From the IMG/VR virus record IMGVR_UViG_2596583540_000001, positions 1,510-65,509 of that record: a DNA stretch of 64,000 nucleotides; one strand, 5' to 3'. The position numbers were made by a program, and so were the translations under genes. The stretch's first letter is position 1. Each line of letters begins with the position of its first letter. Positions 56,233 through 64,000 of this stretch are shown piece by piece. This DNA comes from a virus (lineage: Duplodnaviria > Caudoviricetes). The notes beneath the pieces were generated by a model. That model was not told the origin of the DNA and did not search any database. It saw only the letters and a program-made list of their open reading frames with translations.

Positions 56233-57468
56233 ATGATAACTCAAAAAAGTGGAAAATATTATGTTATCATCAATTACAAAAGTATTTCAGGTAAATGGAA
56301 AAAAAAATGGTATCAAGCCGGAACAGGAATTCGAGAAGCAGAACGCCTTGAACATAGATTAATCGTAGCTCGTGATAGTGGAGAATCAATTTTAGACAGA
56401 AATACTGCTCCCACGATACACGAATTTTTAGATCAATGGTTGGATACATCTATAAAACCACCATCACATGCACTAGGAACCTATGAAAATTATAAATATT
56501 GCTGCACCAAAATCAATAAATATATCGGAAATGTTCGAATTGATAATTTAAAAGCTTTTGCTTTAACAAAGATGTACAAGAAAATGATGAATGATGGCCT
56601 ATCTGCATCATCTGTTCGTATTATTTATAGAGTGCTGAGAACTGCATTAAATAAAGCCGTTAAATGGGACATTATATTCAAAAATCCAGTACTTTCTTCC
56701 GATGCACCAAAAAACACCGAATCACCAGCTCAGGCTTATGATCAAAATCAGGCTATCTTATTATTGCGCCAATCTGAAAAAATGGGGATTTTATATAATC
56801 TAATTATTTCATTAGGAATGTTATGTGGGCTTCGAGGCTCAGAATCCTGTGGACTTCGTTGGCAAGATTATGATAAAAACGCAGAAAAACTTTTTATTCG
56901 ACACAACCTTTGCCGACGAGACATGACCGGTTTTGATACTACTGCATACGAATATTGTGAAAAGGCAGGTAAAAGCTGGCATGTGCTCGATACAGTTAAA
57001 ACAAAAGCCTCAGAGAACACCATTAAATTACCAGAATATGTATGTGAATTATTAGATAAACGAAAATTGCAATATGAGACATATCACCTAAAACTCGGAC
57101 AGGCTTATCATGATGACAATTTCATTTTATCAAATGATATAGGTATCCCATATGACGTTCATTATATCTACTTTGTCGTACATAAAGTAATTAACACCTA
57201 TAATAATGCTCACCCAGATGACCTCCTACCTGTCATTCGTGCTCATGATCTCCGCCATACCGCTGCTACATTATTACTTGAATCTAATATTGACATAAAA
57301 TATGTTAGCCGACAATTACGCCATTCATCCACTACGATAACACAAAATTTATATCAACATGTTACTGACAGAATGGCATCCATTACCGCAGATGCCATGG
57401 AAAAAATTGCACGACCAGAAAAAAAAGATGCTAATCTTTCTACCGCAGTTTCTACCGCAAACCATTAA
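56233..57468 (+). CDS. int: Tyrosine integrase
   Basis: GLRGSE, HDLRHTAAT, LRHSS..T..LYQH. Confidence 0.95.
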   Translation: MITQKSGKYYVIINYKSISGKWKKKWYQAGTGIREAERLEHRLIVARDSGESILDRNTAPTIHEFLDQWLDTSIKPPSHALGTYENYKYCCTKINKYIGNVRIDNLKAFALTKMYKKMMNDGLSASSVRIIYRVLRTALNKAVKWDIIFKNPVLSSDAPKNTESPAQAYDQNQAILLLRQSEKMGILYNLIISLGMLCGLRGSESCGLRWQDYDKNAEKLFIRHNLCRRDMTGFDTTAYEYCEKAGKSWHVLDTVKTKASENTIKLPEYVCELLDKRKLQYETYHLKLGQAYHDDNFILSNDIGIPYDVHYIYFVVHKVINTYNNAHPDDLLPVIRAHDLRHTAATLLLESNIDIKYVSRQLRHSSTTITQNLYQHVTDRMASITADAMEKIARPEKKDANLSTAVSTANH

Positions 57469-57565
57469 AACGCGCATTTGACAACCATCTCATATAATTA
57501 AAGAAATGCGTCAACCATGCACTATAAGAGACACACACGAACACAAAAAAACAGCCTCTGCTTTG

Positions 57566-57610
57566 CTCTTAATCAGGGTGTCCAGGGTTCGAGCCCCTGG
57601 TGGTCCACCA
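57566..57610 (+). other. att core: 3' part of tRNA-Lys(CTT)
   Basis: CTCTTAATCAGGGTGTCCAGGGTTCGAGCCCCTGGTGGTCCACCA lacking the D arm and 5' acceptor strand; next to the integrase; paired arm-type repeats at 57437-57459 and 57679-57699. Confidence 0.85.
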
Positions 57611-57620
57611 TAAAAAGTAT

Positions 57621-57656
57621 GATAACCATGCCGTTTGCGCGGCATGGTTGTTTTTG
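57621..57656 (+). terminator. Terminator after tRNA 3' end
   Basis: AACCATGCCG..CGGCATGGTT followed by a T run. Confidence 0.75.
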
Positions 57657-57758
57657 TATATACGGGAAAAAACAGCTCATCTACACCCTTATCTACACCT
57701 TTTGTAAATTTTTTGCATTATGCACAAAAAAGGTCCTATTTAAAATAGGGCCTTTTAG

Positions 57759-58490
57759 CTATATAGCATTCATTATTCTTTTCTCAGCAATATCATAATA
57801 TACTTCAGTCTTCTCAAATCCAATATATTGCCGGTTATGTTTCTTGGCTGCCACGCACGTCGTACCGCTTCCCGCAAATGGATCTAAAATAACTGACCTT
57901 TCCGGAACAATTTGTACCAGTTCTTCCATGAGTGGTGTCGGCTTTCCGGTCAAATGGAACTTATCTTTTTGTTTTACTGGAAAATTAAAGCAGCCGGGAT
58001 ACGGTCCTGCATGTTGAGCTTTAGGACACTTTCCATTCGTGCCCCATACAATGTATTCACATTGATGTCGAAAATAGCCTTTGTGCGGGGCTCTCGCCCC
58101 AAGTCCTTTATTCCATGCTACAATACCACGCCATATCAAGCCGCCCATTTGCAGCGCATCTGAAGCCGTCGGCATTTGTCGCCAATCAGTAAACATAAGA
58201 AAATACCCACCCGGCTTAAGAATCCGCTGACAATCCGTAATCCATAATATACACCAATGCAGCCATGAACGTTGATCCATGGTATCACCAACAAAATCCG
58301 GACGATGGACAATTTTATTATCTGATTGTTCATATTTGCTGGACGGACTTTGTGCCCGTACATTTGCAGTTTGTCCACCACTACAGTATGGCGGATCTGT
58401 AATAACTGCATCCACGGAATTATCTTCAAGCTGCTGTAACAATTCGATGGAATCACCGCATATAATTTGATTTAAAAATTTCTCGTTCGT
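57759..58490 (-). CDS. N6/N4 DNA methyltransferase (beta class); apparent ACG start
   Basis: ITDPPY, HLTGKP, LDPFAGSGTT; reading frame extends to GAGGTGG-6nt-ACG. Confidence 0.9.
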   Translation of the reverse strand, partial: TNEKFLNQIICGDSIELLQQLEDNSVDAVITDPPYCSGGQTANVRAQSPSSKYEQSDNKIVHRPDFVGDTMDQRSWLHWCILWITDCQRILKPGGYFLMFTDWRQMPTASDALQMGGLIWRGIVAWNKGLGARAPHKGYFRHQCEYIVWGTNGKCPKAQHAGPYPGCFNFPVKQKDKFHLTGKPTPLMEELVQIVPERSVILDPFAGSGTTCVAAKKHNRQYIGFEKTEVYYDIAEKRIMNAI

Positions 58491-58606
58491 TTACAACCAC
58501 CTCATAATAATAGATTCTGACTAGTCTAGTATTAGTATAACATGATAGTAATTACAATACAAACATTTGTTCTTATTTTAAAAAGTGTATTAGGATATTC
58601 TTTCTA

Positions 58607-61600
58607 TTATATTTTTTCTTTCTGTAAAGAAGACATTAATAAGTTTGTTTTTGTGTGTTTTCCTAAAAAAAATTTGTCTATTATTTGTTGACGTTTAGTA
58701 TATGACAATTGTGGATTACACATCAAATGTTTTCGTGCGATAAGTCCCACTATATAATAAGCTTTAACATCAAAATTTTTGATTACCTTTTCCGCCTCTT
58801 TTATAAATTTTTCAGTATCTCCTAAATTTTCAACTATCATTAATCTTTCTATATTTTTATTCAGTTCTTTATATTCTTTTGTTAACAAAAGTTCAATTGT
58901 TCTTTGACTTGTACAAAGTTCAGAAAAATGATCATATGTATTCAATATCATTGAGAGTCCAAATTGAGAAAACATTTCACGTATATCTTCTTCATTATAT
59001 AAAACACCTTCTTTTTTCTCAATCTTTTTTTTCTTAATAATTTTTAATAATTTCTCACATATTATATCAATTTGTTCATCAATAGGTTCTAACATAGCAA
59101 ATACAATTTTATGTGGATATGAATAAATCAATTCAACTAAATGTTTTTTTTGCTCAAGTAGGATGCTACTATTAAAAGCAGGTAAAGCTTTACATATCAT
59201 TTCCGTATATTTAATAGCTCTAATAAGTCTGTAGGGATATTCATCAATATCTTTTTCATTATATTCAAATAATCCTTTTGCCTCAATAGTACAATCCTGA
59301 TATTTTCTTTCTTCAGCAATCTCTTGGTTTTGTTTCATATTGTCATGATCTTTTGGCGTTGGAGTTGTTATTCGATCAAACTTACGCTGTTTTAAAAATG
59401 ATATATTGCTTTCATTTAAATTAAATTCCTTCCATGGATAAAGAAGTTCGCCAGCATATTGAGCAATTAACATTACAATTTTTGTATTACCTGACAAATA
59501 CGAAATAAATAAAATAATATCTGAATTAATACCAAAGCAAATATTTTTAAGCGCATATTGTATCAATAAATTACCTGTAGACTTATCGTCTTGTAAAACT
59601 CTTAAAAGATGCTTAGCTATAAAATATGCTAAATAATTTTTATTTACAAAATAAATTGAACAATCCTCCGTGTTTTTAAACAATTTTGCTTGTTCACCAA
59701 TTTTTAATATCTGTGCTAAATATACATTCATGCCATAGAGTGCATTATATTTGTCAACAATATCTCGTACTTCCTCTTGCTTTAAAATGTCTTTGCGGTG
59801 TTCATACATATATCCTGCTATTTTTTCAAACACGATAAAATCCTGATTAATATCAGCATCTTTAGATACTCTCATAATAGAAGTATGTAATTCATATTCA
59901 AATATTTGACTAAAAATTGCCTCCCCTTTTGTATAGTCACAATAATGTTCTTTAGTAAAGTAATCTGTATATCTAATAATAAATCCAGGATTTAATGAAA
60001 ACAAATTACTATTATTATAAACCAATCTATCAATTAGCTTATTTACCCCGTCTGCATCTTCACTAGTATATGTACTATTAAGTAAACATATTTTTTTCAC
60101 AAGTTGACTACGTTTTTCTGCAAAAAAAGGTTTTATTCTTAATTCTTCAAAATAATCAGCTTTAACAATTTCGTTTTCAACTAATTCTACAATATTTTTT
60201 CGTTCTTCATTTGCACTAAAAATAATAAAATCAAAATTAACTTCAATTACTTTTTGCAATTGTTTTTTATTTTCTTCTTTTAATTGTTCCCATCCATCAA
60301 CAATTAAAACTTTTTTATTTTTTTCTGTTTGTTGATATTTTTCAAATAAAATAGAGTTATCACCATATTGATCCTCAAATAATCGTCTAATAAAATTTTT
60401 TGAATTAATTTTAGTTGCAGAATCAATAAAAAGAAACAATGGCAACTTATCCTTGGTCATAACCAAATACAGATACTTAAGAAGAGTTGATTTTCCAGAA
60501 TTAGATTCTCCTAAAATTAATATTTTCTTTTTCTGATCAATATATTCAAGTAACGCTTCACCCGTTTTTATTTCTTCATATTTACCAAATTCATTTTTAT
60601 GTTCGCTAATTAACTTAGGAAAAACAAAATATTGCGTAAAATCTTTTGAATAGTAATAAATATCTTCCTTCATTGTCTTAACATAACTTTGCAATGGATT
60701 TAATTTTCTAGTTTTACTTAGAAGATTTTTATTTTCTATTACCAGTTCATGTATAAATATTTTTTCTCTATAATTCCAATTAAATATATAGCCACAAAAA
60801 GTATTATCATCTGTATTAATGATAATACTATTAAATGAATCAGAAAAATTTAATTCAGAAAAATTCATTGCTCCTGCACACGATATCCAAGTCTCAAAAC
60901 TTTCCTTATTTGAAATAGCTTTTGTATCGGCATAATGGTCATGACCTAATAATAGTATTTCCGAATTACTCAGAATTGAATGTTCTAAATTGGATTTATA
61001 TCTAGGATTAAACCATTCCCATCCATGATGCATTATTGTTATACATAAATTTGCCTCATCATCCTTATCTAAAACGTTCATTTTATCTTGAGGAAAATAA
61101 TGTAATTCCTTATCATCAGGATTAAGTGTAGAAAACAAAGCCGTATTAATCAAATTAAATTGTATACAATAATCCTTATATCTACAAAAGCGTTTATCAA
61201 TAATCTTATCATTAGGTTTTTTAAAATTCGCATGAGAATAAGTATAAAAATTATCAAGTAATTTTATTTCATTTTCAACAATTGATTCTATACAATTTTT
61301 ATCATAATAACCCTGTATAATAATATTATCTCTTACTTCTTTCGTTAAAGTTAAATCGTGATTTCCAGGTACAATTAACATATCAATAAATTTTTGATTA
61401 TTTTTTTTTTTTATTCCCGCAATTATTTTTCCTATCACATATCGAGATTTCTTATATTCAGTAATTTCACCTGAATATGCTAAATCTCCAGAAAAAGCAA
61501 TAATATATTTATCGATATGACTCAATACATTTAGAGAATTTAAAAATTTTTCTATCTTTTCATTTATAATTTGATCTTTATCATTAACATGAAAATCACT

Positions 61601-61624
61601 AATATGAACAATCGCCAATTTCAT
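58607..61624 (-). CDS. Metallophosphoesterase-STAND NTPase fusion, candidate anti-phage protein
   Basis: HISDFH, SGD, PGNHD, GHDH; GESNSGKST, LIVDG; long helical C-terminus; very low GC. Confidence 0.85.
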   Translation of the reverse strand: MKLAIVHISDFHVNDKDQIINEKIEKFLNSLNVLSHIDKYIIAFSGDLAYSGEITEYKKSRYVIGKIIAGIKKKNNQKFIDMLIVPGNHDLTLTKEVRDNIIIQGYYDKNCIESIVENEIKLLDNFYTYSHANFKKPNDKIIDKRFCRYKDYCIQFNLINTALFSTLNPDDKELHYFPQDKMNVLDKDDEANLCITIMHHGWEWFNPRYKSNLEHSILSNSEILLLGHDHYADTKAISNKESFETWISCAGAMNFSELNFSDSFNSIIINTDDNTFCGYIFNWNYREKIFIHELVIENKNLLSKTRKLNPLQSYVKTMKEDIYYYSKDFTQYFVFPKLISEHKNEFGKYEEIKTGEALLEYIDQKKKILILGESNSGKSTLLKYLYLVMTKDKLPLFLFIDSATKINSKNFIRRLFEDQYGDNSILFEKYQQTEKNKKVLIVDGWEQLKEENKKQLQKVIEVNFDFIIFSANEERKNIVELVENEIVKADYFEELRIKPFFAEKRSQLVKKICLLNSTYTSEDADGVNKLIDRLVYNNSNLFSLNPGFIIRYTDYFTKEHYCDYTKGEAIFSQIFEYELHTSIMRVSKDADINQDFIVFEKIAGYMYEHRKDILKQEEVRDIVDKYNALYGMNVYLAQILKIGEQAKLFKNTEDCSIYFVNKNYLAYFIAKHLLRVLQDDKSTGNLLIQYALKNICFGINSDIILFISYLSGNTKIVMLIAQYAGELLYPWKEFNLNESNISFLKQRKFDRITTPTPKDHDNMKQNQEIAEERKYQDCTIEAKGLFEYNEKDIDEYPYRLIRAIKYTEMICKALPAFNSSILLEQKKHLVELIYSYPHKIVFAMLEPIDEQIDIICEKLLKIIKKKKIEKKEGVLYNEEDIREMFSQFGLSMILNTYDHFSELCTSQRTIELLLTKEYKELNKNIERLMIVENLGDTEKFIKEAEKVIKNFDVKAYYIVGLIARKHLMCNPQLSYTKRQQIIDKFFLGKHTKTNLLMSSLQKEKI

Positions 61625-61875
61625 ATTCAAACTCCCCTTCACGCTAAATTTAACAAAATTTTATCAAACTAAAAACATACAATATAATTTAAAATTATTA
61701 TACACTTCTTAATAAAAATAAAAAAGAGCTTCTATCTAAAAGTAAGTACTCAATATATTATCACTTATACACCGTATGTAATAATTTTCATTTTAAAACA
61801 AATGTTCCACATTATAACTCATCCAATAACCTATTGGCCATGTTACAAATTGAATTCGTATAATTCCACAAAAAT

Positions 61876-61900
61876 AAACCCCGGAACTCTCCGGGGTTTA
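61876..61900. terminator. Terminator after lysis operon
   Basis: AAACCCCGGA..TCCGGGGTTT. Confidence 0.7.
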
Positions 61901-61948
61901 TAAAACAGTAAATTTTTTTGATATATGAAATGCTATCTAGAATTTTTC

Positions 61949-62434
61949 TTATACTAATTTATCATGTATCACAACACCCACCAAGATACCGCATCCGGCA
62001 GCCCACATATCACGCTGCCGCTGCAAAACACTAATTTTATGTTCCAGTCCCTTGATTTGCTTGGTCAACGTTTGCGATAATACTTCGTTCTGCTGCAATG
62101 CCTGCTCGGCCTGATTCAACGAGATTGTTGCATTCGCCAATTGTGTCTTGATTAGATTGAACTGACTCTTGCAATCGGTCAGCTGACTGTTGAGCGTCAT
62201 CAACGTCTGTTCCTGCCCTGTCGAGTTCTGACTGAGCAGATTTAATTTGGTCTGCAGCGTTGTCAACGTCATGTCCTGCTGATTTATCGTTTCTTTCAAT
62301 TTGTTCCACTGTGTCAATTGCACTACGACCGTCTGCGGTTCCTGCACTGTTGTAGTGTCGGTACAATAACCAGCCACCGGAAGCGACAAGAACAACAAGC
62401 AACACAGCAATAATCCAAGTTTTTTTATCCACAT
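61949..62434 (-). CDS. Spanin-like coiled-coil protein (signal peptide and C-terminal hydrophobic tail)
   Basis: ATG after AAGGAGG; hydrophobic termini, heptad core. Confidence 0.6.
   Translation of the reverse strand: MWIKKLGLLLCCLLFLSLPVAGYCTDTTTVQEPQTVVVQLTQWNKLKETINQQDMTLTTLQTKLNLLSQNSTGQEQTLMTLNSQLTDCKSQFNLIKTQLANATISLNQAEQALQQNEVLSQTLTKQIKGLEHKISVLQRQRDMWAAGCGILVGVVIHDKLV
62037..62432 (-). CDS. Spanin-like (i-spanin) protein embedded in an alternative frame
   Basis: GTG after the same RBS; N-terminal TM plus coiled coil. Confidence 0.6.
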   Translation of the reverse strand: MDKKTWIIAVLLVVLVASGGWLLYRHYNSAGTADGRSAIDTVEQIERNDKSAGHDVDNAADQIKSAQSELDRAGTDVDDAQQSADRLQESVQSNQDTIGECNNLVESGRAGIAAERSIIANVDQANQGTGT

Positions 62435-62468
62435 TAGATTACCTCCTTAATATAATTATTGATCATTT

Positions 62469-62717
62469 TTATTGAACTGTAAAATTGTTACATTTTTTAT
62501 ATACATCGACGTATGTTTCGTTTTTATCCCCATTATGCGTGATTTCATAATACATAGTACCTTTCATAAGGTCTACTATTGCCAATGCCTTCCAATTCTG
62601 CAATGTTTTACAAAACCATACTATATGTACGTGGTCTGTGCCAACTGGTTTATCTCCTGGAACTTTACCATACTCATTGAAATAATCGGCTATAATTTGT
62701 TTTGCTTTTTCCTGCAT
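62469..62717 (-). CDS. DUF6275-like phage protein
   Basis: VWFCKTLQNWKAL..YYEITHNGDK.ETYVDVYKK. Confidence 0.8.
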   Translation of the reverse strand: MQEKAKQIIADYFNEYGKVPGDKPVGTDHVHIVWFCKTLQNWKALAIVDLMKGTMYYEITHNGDKNETYVDVYKKCNNFTVQ

Positions 62718-62730
62718 ACATATCACCTCC

Positions 62731-63078
62731 TTAGAAAAAGAACAGCCGATAAATAATAGCACCGATCCCTATAATCTCAATTCCGTTTACCATGATGTTC
62801 CCATACTTTTCACGGAAAGACGTTTCCGCCGTAACAATTTGGGTTTCCGTTTCCTTGGCTTCTGTCTCGATTTGAGCAGTCAAGGATTTTTCTTTTTCTT
62901 CCAGCGATGCAATTTCATCCTTGAACAGCGTTTCCCCGGCTGCAATCAATTCATCTTTTTTGGCCCGAACCGTAGCCAAATCCTGTTCTACTGTAGTGTT
63001 AGTTGCTGGCGTATCCTGTACAGTTGCTTCCGGTATTGCTGCATCTATTGTCTGTACTGCATTTACTTCTTCTAACAT
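62731..63078 (-). CDS. Coiled-coil protein with C-terminal TM
   Basis: Homolog of 17926-18267. Confidence 0.65.
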   Translation of the reverse strand: MLEEVNAVQTIDAAIPEATVQDTPATNTTVEQDLATVRAKKDELIAAGETLFKDEIASLEEKEKSLTAQIETEAKETETQIVTAETSFREKYGNIMVNGIEIIGIGAIIYRLFFF

Positions 63079-63109
63079 AATTATTACCTCCTAATTGTTA
63101 ACCATAAAA

Positions 63110-63709
63110 TTATTCAGGCATATCATTCCATTGATCCGTATCAACATTCACTCCGTCAATATTCCCATTTTCACTATCCTGCCATGCTGCCATGTGCTTG
63201 TTCGGATATTGAGATGGAAAATCACATTGCGATACTCCATATTCTGCAATCCAATAGGGAACGTAGTCCGCTAATAAGTTTGGATTGATTGCATTGGTTG
63301 CATCACCAAATTTACCATCACTGGCATACACACCACACTTCAACCCTGCGTTATTGACGGTACAAATAAACGCACTGCATAATGCCGTAGTATCTACGCC
63401 ATCTGCAAAGCATTCGTCAGCTTCAATATCGTACCATATACCTAAAGGAGGCACACGGCCACATAAATAACTAAGCAAGTCGTTTGCTTCCTGCTCTGCT
63501 TTATCTGGTGTCGTAGCATGGGTAAACAGATATACGCCCCAAGGTAAGCTTTCGTTTTCTACATCCTGCAAGAATGTTTCAAAGTCAGCATCTTCCTGCT
63601 GCCCTTCTTCAATTTTGATGACAACGCCATCTACACCGTTATTTCGTAAATCGTCAAAATTAAGACCTTCCTGCCAATCAGATATGTCAATTACGTTCAT
63701 GTAAATCAT
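63110..63709 (-). CDS. GH25 lysozyme (endolysin), second copy
   Basis: Near-identical to 18304-18903. Confidence 0.9.
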   Translation of the reverse strand: MIYMNVIDISDWQEGLNFDDLRNNGVDGVVIKIEEGQQEDADFETFLQDVENESLPWGVYLFTHATTPDKAEQEANDLLSYLCGRVPPLGIWYDIEADECFADGVDTTALCSAFICTVNNAGLKCGVYASDGKFGDATNAINPNLLADYVPYWIAEYGVSQCDFPSQYPNKHMAAWQDSENGNIDGVNVDTDQWNDMPE

Positions 63710-63718
63710 CTCCTAGTT

Positions 63719-64000
63719 TCATTTATTATTACCTCCATTTTGTTGTTTTATATCCGGAAACACTCCCCTAGGACTATTAAGTGCCGAATTAATTAAATGG
63801 GTAAACAAACCGACAAGTCCCGCTCCCATAGCGGTAAGCCCTTGCCAACAACTATCAATAGGAAATTTCATACCGTATAACCCTTCTAACCAATATCCGA
63901 CTGTCCATGAAAACAACACATCAACCGCGCCAAAAACACCGATTACCATGCAAATATCAGCTATATTTTGGTGTATCCATCGTGCAAATTTAAGGAACAT
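63719..64000 (-). CDS. Putative holin, second copy
   Basis: Protein identical to 18913-19194. Confidence 0.6.
   Translation of the reverse strand: MFLKFARWIHQNIADICMVIGVFGAVDVLFSWTVGYWLEGLYGMKFPIDSCWQGLTAMGAGLVGLFTHLINSALNSPRGVFPDIKQQNGGNNK

Larger units (their letters stand above)
1..57610. mobile_element. Prophage 1 (temperate, podovirus-like), left end outside window
   Basis: Integrase-immunity-replication-packaging-head-tail modules in order; no tape measure or sheath gene seen. Confidence 0.9.
57566..64000. mobile_element. End of probable second tandem prophage
   Basis: Lysis cassette and accessory genes directly beyond the att core. Confidence 0.7.

Noticed and set aside
57541-57610. 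Intact tRNA-Lys gene
   Set aside because: 5' half missing; interpreted as the att core
58136-58456. 106 aa ORF overlapping the methyltransferase
   Set aside because: Alternative-frame read without RBS or motifs

Overview
AT-rich window, probably from a Negativicutes (Megasphaera/Veillonellaceae-like) host; the host is inferred, not shown. Bases 1-57610 are most of a temperate podovirus-like prophage. Its late genes are on the minus strand: terminases, tRNA-Ser, portal, scaffold, capsid, tail, lysis, ejection proteins, and a giant polyvalent protein of at least 3846 aa that runs off the left edge and is absent from the ORF track. Replication, immunity and integrase genes follow, ending at a tRNA-Lys 3' fragment (att core). 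A roughly 7.3 kb sigma54-controlled metabolic island (acyl-CoA dehydrogenase, two family III CoA-transferases, BCCT transporter, PAS enhancer-binding protein; gbu/bbu-like order) sits inside the prophage. Right of att is the end of what looks like a second, tandem prophage: DNA methyltransferase, phosphoesterase-STAND candidate defence gene, dual-frame spanin-like pair and a near-identical lysis cassette. The most striking hidden structure is inside the giant gene. Two putative RNase domains are each followed by an antisense sigma70 promoter driving a roughly 70-80 nt hairpin RNA. A repeat-flanked ParB-like module is followed by an RBS-equipped nested gene. Together these suggest effector domains that carry their own embedded antitoxins.
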